Of a stretch of 64,000 bases of DNA, positions 1-11,497 are shown one piece after another. The number at the start of each line of letters is the position of its first letter. The stretch's first letter is position 1. The stretch is from an uncultured Prevotellaceae bacterium (GTDB taxonomy: Bacteria > Bacteroidota > Bacteroidia > Bacteroidales > Bacteroidaceae). The stretch spans positions 3,543 through 67,542 of the forward strand of contig CAMOTI010000155.1 of NCBI GenBank assembly GCA_946625675.1, given 5' to 3'. The translations under genes were made by a program, and so were the position numbers. The notes beneath the pieces are model-generated. The model saw only the letters and a list, made by a program, of their open reading frames with translations, was not told the DNA's origin and made no database searches.

Positions 1-108
1 ATGTCCATCAATCCAGACGTGAAAGATATATTTGAATTCCAGTACGAGGATTTCAAACTTGAAAACTACGATCCTTACGACCATATCAAAGCAACGGTAT
101 CCGTATAA
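1..108 (+). CDS. thyA: thymidylate synthase, C-terminal fragment (5' end lies outside the window)
   Basis: Frame 1 reads ...[25 protein letters not shown]. This resembles the conserved ThyA C-terminus (E. coli ...DFEIEGYDPHPGIKAPVAI). folA follows directly. Confidence 0.8.
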   Translation: MSINPDVKDIFEFQYEDFKLENYDPYDHIKATVSV

Positions 109-110
109 AT

Positions 111-138
111 CTGAAAACTGACAACTGAAAACTGACAA
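111..138. repeat. 2 x 14-bp direct repeat CTGAAAACTGACAA filling the thyA-folA spacer
   Basis: Exact copies at 111-124 and 125-138. Confidence 0.9.
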
Positions 139-139
139 C

Positions 140-652
140 ATGATCTCAATCATCGTAGCTATCGACAGCAATAATGCCATAGGAGCAGACAATAAATTGA
201 TTTATTGGCTTCCAGACGACCTCAAACGCTTCAAGAAACTGACGACGGGCAATACCATCATTATGGGCCGTAAGACCTTTGAGTCGCTTCCCAAGGGCGC
301 TTTACCCAATCGCCGTAACATTGTTCTCTCCCGCAATGCAGAACTGCAGTTCCCCGGGGCTGACACTTTTCCATCTTTGAAGGCAGCTTTGGAAGACTGC
401 CGCATTCAGGCGGAGCAGGGCAGGGAGGACGCCAGGGAGGTCTTCATCATCGGGGGAGCATCGGTCTATCGGCAGGCACTGCCTCTGGCCGACCGCCTAT
501 GCCTCACTGAGATTGATGCCACCTCGGATAACGCCGACACATTCTTCCCGGAATTCGACCGCTCCCAGTGGGTTGAGACTTTCCGTGAGGACCACTCAGC
601 CGACGAACTGCATGCCTATCCCTTTTCCTTTGTGGATTTGGTTCGCTGCTAA
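140..652 (+). CDS. folA: dihydrofolate reductase
   Basis: 170-aa ORF with the DHFR signature IGADNKLIYWLPDDLKRFKKLTTGNTIIMGRKTFESLP. It starts 31 nt after thyA. Confidence 0.93.
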   Translation: MISIIVAIDSNNAIGADNKLIYWLPDDLKRFKKLTTGNTIIMGRKTFESLPKGALPNRRNIVLSRNAELQFPGADTFPSLKAALEDCRIQAEQGREDAREVFIIGGASVYRQALPLADRLCLTEIDATSDNADTFFPEFDRSQWVETFREDHSADELHAYPFSFVDLVRC

Positions 653-675
653 TTTTTCTGATTATCAGCAAATAT

Positions 676-721
676 AAAGGTCGCAACTACGTTGGAATAA
701 CGCTAAGTTGCGACCTTTTTT
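676..721 (+). terminator. rho-independent terminator after folA (shared with the convergent dcu gene)
   Basis: 13-bp stem AAAGGTCGCAACT / AGTTGCGACCTTT (676-688 / 706-718) followed by a T-run. Confidence 0.8.
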
Positions 722-755
722 ATGCAATTATGTATGTTGTGATACGATTCAGCTA

Positions 756-2204
756 TTAGAAGAGTATCATAGAGAGAACATATGCCACGAGGGTGGACAC
801 ACATACGCTGACGAGTCCCGGCATCATGAACGAGTGGTTGAGCAGGTATTTGCCAATCACGGTGGTGCCGGAGCGGTCGAAGTTCACGGTGGCGATGTCG
901 GACGGGTAGTTCGGAATGAAGAAGTAGCCATAGACAGAAGGAAGCACACCGAGGAGTACCGGGCCAGGAATGCCGAGCTTGTAGGCCAATGGCAACATGG
1001 CCACGACCACGGCTCCCTGGGAGTTGATAAGTACGGAGACGAGGAAGAAAACGATGGCGATGCTCCATGGATACTGGGCCACGATGGCCTCCAGTCCCTG
1101 CTGCATGGCGTCCATATAGTTGGAGAAATAGGTGTCGGCCAGCCATGCGATTCCGTAGATGGCAACTACGGCCACCATGCCCGACTGCCATACCGGACCT
1201 GCCACGGCCTTCTTGGGGGATGCCTTGCAGAAGATAATCATCAATGCTGCTGCCGTGATCATCACGATCTGGATGACCAGGTTCATCGCCAGCGGTTTGT
1301 CTATGGTTTCTGTCATTCCCTGCAACTCCACTTTGGCTTTCACGAGCTGGTCGGCTGTGAGGCTAACTCCGTCGGACAGCGCAAGCGGTGCGGCGTCTTT
1401 CACTGCCTTCAGCGTCTCATGGTGAGGCAGGAGCGACTGGAACGCAGCGAAGATGACGATGACCACGAGGGCAGCGAGGAAGATGTATACAGCCAGTTTC
1501 GCCGATTTCGGAATTTCTTTGTCGAGCGTGGTGGCTGAGGAACCGTAAATATAGGCTTTCTGCTCCGGGTTCTGCAGCTTGGCTTGGAATTCTGGGTCTT
1601 TGTCCAAGTCGAGGCCGCGTTTGTAGCTGGCGGTCGCTGCTGCCATCAGGCCGCAAAGGCAGGCGGGGATGGATATCATCAGTACCTGGGGAATTGTGAT
1701 GTTGAATCCGTTGGCACCGGAGATGCTGACAAAGGCCACCACGGCAGCGGCGATAGGAGAGCATGTGATGCCCACCTGGCTGGCCACGCTGGCCACGGCG
1801 CAAGGACGTTCCGGACGGATGCCTTTTTTCAGGGAGATGTCGCAGATGATCGGCATCAGCGTATAGACCACGTGCCCTGTTCCAACGAGTACGGTCAGGA
1901 AGAAGGTGCAAAGCGGAGCGAGGAAGGTGATTCGCTCAGGATGTTTCCGTAGCAGTTTCTCGGCCAGCTGAATCAGCCAGTCCATACCTCCGGATGCCTG
2001 CATGATGCCGGCGCAGGTGACGGCGGCGATGATGATGTAGATGACGTCGGTCGGAGGACTGCCTGGTTTCAGTCCGAATCCGAAGACGAGGATAGCGAGT
2101 CCGATGCCGGAGATGGCACCGAGCGCAAGGCTGCCGTAGCGTGAGCCCACCCAAAGTGCGCCCAGCACGATGAGCAGTTGGATTATCATTAGAAATGTAG
2201 CCAT
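756..2204 (-). CDS. anaerobic C4-dicarboxylate transporter (DcuA/DcuB family)
   Basis: 482-aa polytopic ORF. The N-terminal ~160 aa align by eye with E. coli DcuA (GGMDWLIQLAEKLLRKHPERITFLAPLCTFFLTVLVGTGH, CSPIAAAVV). Confidence 0.85.
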   Translation of the reverse strand: MATFLMIIQLLIVLGALWVGSRYGSLALGAISGIGLAILVFGFGLKPGSPPTDVIYIIIAAVTCAGIMQASGGMDWLIQLAEKLLRKHPERITFLAPLCTFFLTVLVGTGHVVYTLMPIICDISLKKGIRPERPCAVASVASQVGITCSPIAAAVVAFVSISGANGFNITIPQVLMISIPACLCGLMAAATASYKRGLDLDKDPEFQAKLQNPEQKAYIYGSSATTLDKEIPKSAKLAVYIFLAALVVIVIFAAFQSLLPHHETLKAVKDAAPLALSDGVSLTADQLVKAKVELQGMTETIDKPLAMNLVIQIVMITAAALMIIFCKASPKKAVAGPVWQSGMVAVVAIYGIAWLADTYFSNYMDAMQQGLEAIVAQYPWSIAIVFFLVSVLINSQGAVVVAMLPLAYKLGIPGPVLLGVLPSVYGYFFIPNYPSDIATVNFDRSGTTVIGKYLLNHSFMMPGLVSVCVSTLVAYVLSMILF

Positions 2205-2241
2205 GGTATATTTTTGTTTTTAGTTGTTAGTCGTATGTTTT

Positions 2242-2290
2242 CCTGGATAGTCCGGAATTTCCGGAAAACCCGGATAATCCGGGAATTCCG
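2242..2290. repeat. degenerate 9-bp word array (CCGGAAWWY) in the spacer between the cmk-like gene and dcu
   Basis: cctggatagt|ccggaattt|ccggaaaac|ccggataat|ccgggaatt|ccg. Confidence 0.85.
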
Positions 2291-2307
2291 CAGAGTAAGT
2301 GCTTGTC

Positions 2308-2943
2308 TCAGAGTTTCAGATACTTTTTGGCGATGTCGAGCAGCAAGTCTGCCGTGCCTTCGATGCCCAGCAGCGATGAGTTGATGCAGATGTCGTACGA
2401 CCGGCTGTCTCCCCAGTTGTTCTCGCTGTAGAAGTTGTGATAGTCCGAGCGAAGCGCGTCGGTCTGCTCAATCAGGTCCTTGGCTGTGTCGGCGGAGATG
2501 TCGTTCCGGTCCATCAGGAACTTCACACGCTTGTCGTAGTCTGCACGGATGAAGATGCTGAGATGGCGCGGATGGTCGCGGAGGATGTACTCGGAGCAGC
2601 GGCCCACGATGATGCAGTCCTCGGTCTCGGCTTTCTCACGGATGATGTCGGACTGGAACTTGAACAGCGACTCATGGCTCATGCTGTTGCGGTAGAGCGT
2701 GCCGTAGGAGGCGAAGGGCGAGGCCAGGGTGCGCATCAGGTAGGAGAAGGTGCCTTTGTGGGGAACCTCGTCTGCTTTCTTGAATACTTTGGGCGATATG
2801 CCGCTTTCCTCGGCTGCCATCTGGATGAGGCTGCGGTCGTAGATGGGGATGTTCAGCTGTTTGGCCATCAGTTCGCCTATGGCCTTGCCACCACTGCCGA
2901 TTTCACGGCCGATGGTGATTACATATTTTGATTTCTCTTCCAT
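2308..2943 (-). CDS. cytidylate kinase-like family protein
   Basis: 211 aa. The N-terminal nucleotide-binding loop ITIGREIGSGGKAIG and the overall size fit the Cytidylate_kin2-type family. Confidence 0.7.
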   Translation of the reverse strand: MEEKSKYVITIGREIGSGGKAIGELMAKQLNIPIYDRSLIQMAAEESGISPKVFKKADEVPHKGTFSYLMRTLASPFASYGTLYRNSMSHESLFKFQSDIIREKAETEDCIIVGRCSEYILRDHPRHLSIFIRADYDKRVKFLMDRNDISADTAKDLIEQTDALRSDYHNFYSENNWGDSRSYDICINSSLLGIEGTADLLLDIAKKYLKL

Positions 2944-2956
2944 AATGAATATGTTT

Positions 2957-2982
2957 GGTTATTTAATGCGGTTATTTAATCG
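2957..2982. repeat. 2 x 13-bp direct repeat GGTTATTTAATSS in the spacer between the MATE gene and the cmk-like gene
   Basis: ggttatttaatgc|ggttatttaatcg. Confidence 0.85.
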
Positions 2983-3007
2983 TGTTGTTAATCTTATGTC
3001 TTATGAA

Positions 3008-4396
3008 TCAGTCCAGCATCTCGGCCGCTCTCAGGCCGCCTTTGTGATGGAACCGCCACAGAACGTAGGCTGAGAAGAGGACGGAGATGAAGTCGGATAC
3101 GGTGATGCTCAGCCACACACCTTTCGTTCCCCACAGTCCGGGGAAGATGAGCAGGAAGGGGATGAGGAAGATGAGCTGGCGGCTCAGCGACAGGAAGATG
3201 CTGGTCTTTGCCATTCCGATGCTTTGGAAGAAATGCCCCACGACGATGGCGAATCCGATGAGGGGTGCCACCAGCTGTATGAGCCGCATACCCTCTACGG
3301 AGAGCTCCGTCAGTTTTGGGTCGTCGGTGAAGAGGCGTATGGGCAGGGTGGGGAAGAACTCGCAGACGATGAATGAGAAAACCATCACGATGGTGGCATA
3401 CAGGATGCAGTAACGCAACACCTTCGTCACGCGGGGGTAGAGTTGCGCGCCGTAGTTGTAGCCGGCTATAGGCTGCATGCCCTGGCAGATGCCCATTACG
3501 ATCATGAGGAACAGGAATGTGATGCCGTTGATGATGCCGTAGGCGGCGATGGCGATGTCGCCTCCGTGGGTCGACAGCCCTTTGTTGATGAGAATCACCA
3601 CCATGCAGGCACAGAGCTGCATGCAGAAGGGAGAAAGACCGATTTTCAGGATGTTCTTCACGATTCTGCTTTTCAGACCATAGATGCCACGGTGTAGATG
3701 GATGAGGTCGTTCTTGTTGCTCATCACAATCCACACGAACGCCAGGGCGAAGACCTGCGCTAGGATAGTTGCGATGGCAGCACCTCGGATGCCCATGTCG
3801 AAGGTGAAGATGAAAAGGGGGTCGAGGATGGAATTGACGATCACAGTGCTGATGGTGGCTATCATCGCGGTGCGGGGATGCCCCGTGCTTCGCAGCGTGG
3901 CGTTCAGGCCAAGATAGAGATGGGTCACGACATTGCCGAGGAGTATCACAAACATATATTCGCGGGCATAACCCACGGTGTTCTCGCTTGCTCCGAAGAA
4001 ATAGAGAAGCTGGTCGATGTAAATAATTCCGAAAACGGCGAGCAGTAATCCCACGATGATGTTGAGCGTTACGACGTTGCCCAGGGTGTGTTCTGCTGCC
4101 TGGTTGTCTTTCTGCCCGAGTTTCACCGACATATAGGTGCTTCCTCCCACGCCCACCATCGCGCCGAAGGCGGCGCTGAGGTTCATGATGGGGAAGGTGA
4201 CGGCCAGGCCCGACAGGGCCAGGGCCCCTTCGTTGGTGTCTGTGCCTATATGTCCGATGAAGATGCGGTCCACGATGTTGTAGAGCGACGATGCGGTCAT
4301 CGCCACTACGGCTGGCAACGCATACTGCATCAGCAGCTTGCCCACGTCTTTGGTGCCTAATTCCTTTGTCCTGTCTATCGTCTTGGTTTCTGTCAT
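3008..4396 (-). CDS. MATE family efflux transporter
   Basis: 462 aa with about 12 hydrophobic segments. The N-terminus GKLLMQYALPAVVAMTASSLYNIVDRIFIGH is typical of MATE/NorM proteins. Confidence 0.85.
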   Translation of the reverse strand: MTETKTIDRTKELGTKDVGKLLMQYALPAVVAMTASSLYNIVDRIFIGHIGTDTNEGALALSGLAVTFPIMNLSAAFGAMVGVGGSTYMSVKLGQKDNQAAEHTLGNVVTLNIIVGLLLAVFGIIYIDQLLYFFGASENTVGYAREYMFVILLGNVVTHLYLGLNATLRSTGHPRTAMIATISTVIVNSILDPLFIFTFDMGIRGAAIATILAQVFALAFVWIVMSNKNDLIHLHRGIYGLKSRIVKNILKIGLSPFCMQLCACMVVILINKGLSTHGGDIAIAAYGIINGITFLFLMIVMGICQGMQPIAGYNYGAQLYPRVTKVLRYCILYATIVMVFSFIVCEFFPTLPIRLFTDDPKLTELSVEGMRLIQLVAPLIGFAIVVGHFFQSIGMAKTSIFLSLSRQLIFLIPFLLIFPGLWGTKGVWLSITVSDFISVLFSAYVLWRFHHKGGLRAAEMLD

Positions 4397-4410
4397 GATC
4401 CCTTTTTACT

Positions 4411-4485
4411 TTCTGGGTGTTCTGGATATTCTAGTTATTCTAGTTATTCTAGAAATTCTAGATGTTCTAGATATACTAGATATTC
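4411..4485. repeat. degenerate 9-bp word array (TTCTAGWTA), 8 units
   Basis: ttctgggtg|ttctggata|ttctagtta|ttctagtta|ttctagaaa|ttctagatg|ttctagata|tactagata|ttc. It starts 15 nt from the MATE start codon. Confidence 0.9.
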
Positions 4486-4514
4486 AATGCTTATTGGGCC
4501 GGATGGCTAAATAA

Positions 4515-4546
4515 ATTTCAAATTTCAAAACTCAAATCTCAAAGAC
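4515..4546. repeat. degenerate 7-8-bp word array (WTYTCAAA) abutting the S9 peptidase stop codon
   Basis: atttcaaatttcaaaactcaaatctcaaagac. It resembles the array at 55821-55858. Confidence 0.75.
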
Positions 4547-6940
<2,394 letters not shown>

Positions 6941-6964
6941 TTTCTTATAGTAGGTGTGTATGTG

Positions 6965-8656
6965 TTATTTGCTTTCTTTTGCTTTGGGGGTGGCGCCGGT
7001 CGTGCCGTCAGCACTTTTTCCTTTGGATTGTGGGGAGGCGCCAGTCGTGCCGTCGGAGGCTGGCTGGCTCCCGGTCTGCTTGAATTTCACATTCTCTGCT
7101 TCGCCCATGGCCACGTCGCGGAACTCCTGTGCGCTGATCTTCACGGGCTCCACCATGAACTCAGGCACGTTGTACGACTTCAGTTGGTAGCGGTAGAAGT
7201 CGGGGTCTTCCTGCGGCAGCTCGAACGGCTTGTGGGCGTTGCCGTTCTTGTCGAAGTAGGAGATGTAGAGCCGGCTGTAGTTGCCGTCGTCTCTCCTCGA
7301 GGCGAACAGGATCCAGCGTCCGTTGCTCGACCATGAGTGGTAGCTGTCGGCTTGCATGCTGTTGGCTTCCTTGAGCGGACGGCTCTCCATGGTTCGCAGG
7401 TCGGTCACGTAGAGGTCTGCGTCGGGGTGCCAGATATGGAACACGCCGTAGTTGCCGAGCCCGTAGAGCACGTAACGGCCGTCGGGGCTGACGCGGGGAA
7501 TCGTGGCGCTCTTGTTCTGAGCGGCGGCGTCGAACACCATCTCTTTCGGACCGAAGGTCTTCGTCTTGCGGTCGAAGGGCTTGCGGTACACGTTATATTT
7601 GATGTCCATGTATTTCTCGATGATTTGGCTTTGTTGGCGTGCCAGCTTGTCGTCCTTCTTGTCTGTCTTGTTGCCATAGACATCCTCGGACTTCGACTCT
7701 ATCACCACCTTCGCTGTGTCGCTGAACTCGAAGTGGGCGGAGCAGTAGTAGAGGGTGTCGCCTTCGGGCGACCACCATGGGAACACCTCGAACTCGGTGC
7801 TGTCGTTCTCTATGTTCGTGATGGTGTTCGACTCGATGTCGTAGAGAATCAGGTCGCTGGCTGCGTCCTGAACTTCGATTTTATTGCGCTCCTTCGTGTG
7901 GAACGACTGTCCCGTGCTGTTCGTGGAGTAGGCGATGAGAGGAAGGGTGGGGTGCCACGAGGGGTAAACGCCTGCACTGATGACTTCAGGTGTCTTCAGG
8001 TTGATTTTCTTTGGCTTTCCGTTGTACACGAGCATCGTACCGCCATGGGCCTGACGCATATGGAACTGCATGTTGTCCGTCTTGTAGTTCTGGTAGGAGT
8101 GGCAGTTGATGCACTGGCCTTCTGCCTCTGTGCTGATGATCATGTTGTTGTAGATGTCTTTCTCCTCGTAGTTCGTCAGGTTGCGCTCGCAGATGCGAAG
8201 CTCCTCATAGGCCACGTACGACGGGTTGATCAGACGGTAGGAGATGTATGGGTCGATATCCTCTTGTGCCACGCTGATGTTGAAGGCCTTGAATGCCGTC
8301 CATGCCCCTTTGTCGCTGGCGAATATCTCCACCCTGATGTCCTTCCCCTTGCTTGAGGCGAGGATTTCTTTCCATTCGTCCTCCGGAATCTGCACTTTAT
8401 TGCCGTCGCCGTAAGTCTGCTGGTTTTCTCCGCCGTAGGTCAGCCGTGCCACCACCTCGTCGCAGTGGTCGGTCACCTTGAAGTTCAGTGGTGCGATGTT
8501 AGGGGGTACAACCACGTCCTTGTAGTCCGGGAAGATGTTGGGCGCTTTCTTCGATGCCGTGGCATTGGCCGGTACCTCCGGGTGTTTGTTCTTGCATCCT
8601 GTCATCGTCAGGCACATCATGCCAACGCCGAATATGATTGTCATTAATTGTTTCAT
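6965..8656 (-). CDS. lipoprotein with TolB/PD40-type beta-propeller repeats and one CxxCH motif
   Basis: Lipobox LTMTGC. PD40-like strands SPEGDTLYY, SPDGRYVLY, SSNGRWILFASRR. Single CINCH at nt 8099-8113. The C-terminal tail has a duplicated DGTTGA(S/T)P. Confidence 0.65.
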   Translation of the reverse strand: MKQLMTIIFGVGMMCLTMTGCKNKHPEVPANATASKKAPNIFPDYKDVVVPPNIAPLNFKVTDHCDEVVARLTYGGENQQTYGDGNKVQIPEDEWKEILASSKGKDIRVEIFASDKGAWTAFKAFNISVAQEDIDPYISYRLINPSYVAYEELRICERNLTNYEEKDIYNNMIISTEAEGQCINCHSYQNYKTDNMQFHMRQAHGGTMLVYNGKPKKINLKTPEVISAGVYPSWHPTLPLIAYSTNSTGQSFHTKERNKIEVQDAASDLILYDIESNTITNIENDSTEFEVFPWWSPEGDTLYYCSAHFEFSDTAKVVIESKSEDVYGNKTDKKDDKLARQQSQIIEKYMDIKYNVYRKPFDRKTKTFGPKEMVFDAAAQNKSATIPRVSPDGRYVLYGLGNYGVFHIWHPDADLYVTDLRTMESRPLKEANSMQADSYHSWSSNGRWILFASRRDDGNYSRLYISYFDKNGNAHKPFELPQEDPDFYRYQLKSYNVPEFMVEPVKISAQEFRDVAMGEAENVKFKQTGSQPASDGTTGASPQSKGKSADGTTGATPKAKESK

Positions 8657-8670
8657 TGCTTTATATGCTG

Positions 8671-9014
8671 GAAAATGATAAAATAATCAAATGTCTAAAT
8701 AAATAGTAAATCGTAAAATCGTAAATTACTTTTCTTCAGATGGTTTACACCCCTGCCGTGTAGAAAAATAATAAAATGATCAAATGTCTAAATAAATCGT
8801 AAAATCGTAAAATCGTAAATTACTTTTCTTCAGCTGGTTTACATCCCTGCCGAGTAGAAAGATAATAAAATATTCAAATGTCTAAATAAATAGTAAATCG
8901 TAAAATCGTAAATTACTTTTCTTCAGCTGGTTTACATCCCTGCCGAGTAGAAAAATAATAAAATGATCAAATGTCTAAATAAATCGTAAATAGTAAATCG
9001 TAAAATCGTAAATA
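8671..9014. repeat. tandem array of about 3.7 copies of a 92-94-bp unit
   Basis: Units start at 8671, 8763, 8857 and 8950 (the last is truncated at the stop codon at 9015). Unit = GAAAAWTRATAAAATRWTCAAATGTCTAAATAAAT(AG)TAAATCGTAAAATCGTAAATTACTTTTCTTCAGCTGGTTTACATCCCTGCCGAGTA. Confidence 0.92.
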
Positions 9015-11141
9015 TCAATACGTGTGTACGCCTCTGGAGAAGTAGTAGAACCACCAGTAGGTGTCGCCGAACTGTGCAAAACATTCCTCACCCACTTTCC
9101 GTGTGAGCGCGTCGCCTTTCAGCTGTCCGCTGTATTGCTGAAGCAGCTGCCCGGTCACATTCTTGAAGCTGGCGTAGCGGTTGACAATCAGGTTTTTGTC
9201 GAACGGCATATGACTTGTGTCCACTTTCTTCTCCAGGTCGCCGAAGAGGTAGGCTGCCTCCTGATAGTGGATGGGCATGGCTTCCTTCTCGTGCAGGTCT
9301 GCATATTTGAAGAAGCGTGGCCAGAAGAGGCTGATGTCCTTCTGGATGAGGGCGAATGCCAGGCATGCCTCCTGGAATTTCGGGTCGCTGAGGTTCATGT
9401 GGCAGAAATAGCTGATGAGGTACACCTCTACGAGTCCCTGGTCGCCGTCAAGCGCGTTTTTGAAGGCATCGTACATAGGCCTGACGCACTTGTACTCATC
9501 CGTGGCCTCGTAAGCCTTTCGGTTGCGTAGCAGTTCCAGACGTTTCTCTGCCCATTCCTTATGGAAGGTGGTAGAGCGCAGGATGTCAATATATTTTGCG
9601 GCCACATTCTCCTCGCCTGCCATCATGGCGCAGCGGATCAGGTTCTTGTAGTCGTCAACGCGGAAGCCGTATTCCACACCATTCTCGATACACCAGCGGG
9701 TGGCGAAGTTGGTCTTTCCGTAGTAGAAGTAGTAGAGCGGTCCGCACGTGTTGCACAGGTTCACGTGGATGGAGTCGCGCTCCAGGTTTCCGAGGATGTC
9801 CTTCGGGTCCTTGTCCTTGTATTTCTCGTCGTCGTATTTCTTCTTCTCCTCAGTCTTCTTGTAGGTCCACACGGTCGGTTGGATGGTGCGGTTGTCGTAT
9901 TTGAACATCATGTTGCCTATGTTGCCGAGATGGAGGAGGGCAATATTCTGGCCCATAATCATCTGGCGGGTGTGCGGCCCCTGCGACTCGCGGCTGGCTT
10001 CCAGTGCTCCTTCCCAGTCGCAGTCGGCGAGCTTGCGGTACATCTTCAGCTCGGTCTGGAAGTTCTTGTCGTCGAAGTGGTTGTAGTTGATCAGCAGGAA
10101 ATAGCCGGCAAGCAGGACTACCGTGGCGATGGCGGCGAATGCAGGGGATTTGCCTGCGTCCCATTTTTTCTTTCCAGTGATGACGTTTAGACTCATCGGC
10201 AGGATATAAGCCAGCGGCACCAGCGCAATGGCGACAAACAAGGACCGTTTGGCTCCTTCGATATACTTGTCGTTCTGGAAGATAGGCAGCATCGCAGTGT
10301 AGATGTCCTCTACTCGTGCCGCTGTGTAGTGCTGGTAGTACATCTTCGGCACGATGATGATGGCGGCCACGGCAAGGATGACGGCCAGATAGCGGCTGAC
10401 GTCCTTCCAGTTCGGCTGCTGGCCCTCTTCCGTTCCGATGAGCTGCTGCAGTGCCAAATAGCCAGCTCCGCAGAGGCTCCAGAATCCGATGAGCGGATAG
10501 AGCCCGACCACATAGAGGGCGATGAGCACGGAGCGGACGTAGCCTTTATAGAGGTTGGAGATGTACATGCCTAACAACATGATGAGGATGGCCACGGTGT
10601 AGGTGAACCAGTAGCCGGGCAGTTTGATGTAGTACATCCAGTAGCCCAGGCATATCTCTGAGCAGAGCAGCAGCACCACGGGGGCCAGTGCGACGGCGCT
10701 CCATCGGTTGCTGATGTGGAACACTTTCAGCGTAAGCAGGTAAATAAGGCCCCACAGTGCTATAAGTATGAGTGAGCCGGCCCAAGGGTAATAGAAATAC
10801 TGGGTGAGATAGCAGCCCAGCCACTGGCTGAAGCCGCCGACCACGCGCATGCGGTCGTCAAAAAACTCTTGGTTGTTCTGCCAGATGGAGTGTTCCTGGC
10901 ATCCGTAGAGGTACTCGCTGTTCAGCACGGCCAGGTAGACAAATGCCACCACTGCGAACAGCAGGAAGCAAACCCATGGAATGAACTTTTCCATCTTCGG
11001 GCTGAACGTGAAGAACGGCTTCTTCTCGCCTCCTTTGTTTTTTGATGACGAAGACGCTGAATGCACTGCCTTGGCTGCCGTCTTCGGTCCTTTCTTGTTG
11101 TTGGACTTCACGTTGCGGAAATCCGTTTTCTTTGTTGACAT
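9015..11141 (-). CDS. large polytopic membrane protein with a soluble C-terminal domain (resembles the Bacteroidetes family I recall as DUF6057; not verified)
   Basis: The ORF is open to 11183, but I prefer the MSTKK start at 11141. It has a basic N-terminus, about 10 hydrophobic segments, and then a ~350-aa Cys/Tyr/Trp-rich soluble region. Confidence 0.6.
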   Translation of the reverse strand: MSTKKTDFRNVKSNNKKGPKTAAKAVHSASSSSKNKGGEKKPFFTFSPKMEKFIPWVCFLLFAVVAFVYLAVLNSEYLYGCQEHSIWQNNQEFFDDRMRVVGGFSQWLGCYLTQYFYYPWAGSLILIALWGLIYLLTLKVFHISNRWSAVALAPVVLLLCSEICLGYWMYYIKLPGYWFTYTVAILIMLLGMYISNLYKGYVRSVLIALYVVGLYPLIGFWSLCGAGYLALQQLIGTEEGQQPNWKDVSRYLAVILAVAAIIIVPKMYYQHYTAARVEDIYTAMLPIFQNDKYIEGAKRSLFVAIALVPLAYILPMSLNVITGKKKWDAGKSPAFAAIATVVLLAGYFLLINYNHFDDKNFQTELKMYRKLADCDWEGALEASRESQGPHTRQMIMGQNIALLHLGNIGNMMFKYDNRTIQPTVWTYKKTEEKKKYDDEKYKDKDPKDILGNLERDSIHVNLCNTCGPLYYFYYGKTNFATRWCIENGVEYGFRVDDYKNLIRCAMMAGEENVAAKYIDILRSTTFHKEWAEKRLELLRNRKAYEATDEYKCVRPMYDAFKNALDGDQGLVEVYLISYFCHMNLSDPKFQEACLAFALIQKDISLFWPRFFKYADLHEKEAMPIHYQEAAYLFGDLEKKVDTSHMPFDKNLIVNRYASFKNVTGQLLQQYSGQLKGDALTRKVGEECFAQFGDTYWWFYYFSRGVHTY

Positions 11142-11198
11142 TGTTTCGTTAGCTGATGATATGCTCGTCAAATTAAGCAACAATGAAATTGCAATATG

Positions 11199-11493
11199 AC
11201 AAAATAAATCGTTAAATCGTATTCCTTTGATTCCAGTCAGCTTAGACTTTCATCGTGTGGAAAAATGATAAAATATCAAAATATCCAACTAAATAGTAAA
11301 TTGATAATTCGTAAATCCGTTTTAGTCAGCTTAGACTTTCATCGTGTGGAAAAATGATAAAATATCAAAATATCCAACTAAATAGTAAATTGATAATTCG
11401 TAAATCCATTCCAGTCAGCTTAGACTTTCATCGTGTGGAAAAATGATAAAATATCAAAATATCCAAATAAATAGTAAATAGTAAATCGTAAAT
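11199..11493. repeat. tandem array of about 3 copies of an 89-bp unit, related to the 8671-9014 array in its A/T-rich half
   Basis: The AGTCAGCTTAGACTTTCATCGTGTGGAAAAATGATAAAATATCAAAATATCCAACTAAATAGTAAATTGATAATTCGTAAATCC units start at 11235, 11324 and 11413. A partial unit precedes them. Confidence 0.92.
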
Positions 11494-11497
11494 CTTT

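Noticed and set aside
8099-8113. Calling the PD40 lipoprotein a c-type cytochrome
   Set aside because: There is only one CxxCH motif, in an otherwise propeller-like protein, and no cytochrome fold signature that I can recognise. I kept it as a motif note only.
8671-11493. The tandem arrays at 8671-9014 and 11199-11493 as CRISPR arrays
   Set aside because: The segments between the conserved halves are themselves identical from unit to unit, so there are no unique spacers. Units are 89-94 bp and A/T-rich. No cas genes or leader-like asymmetry are present. These are plain tandem repeats.
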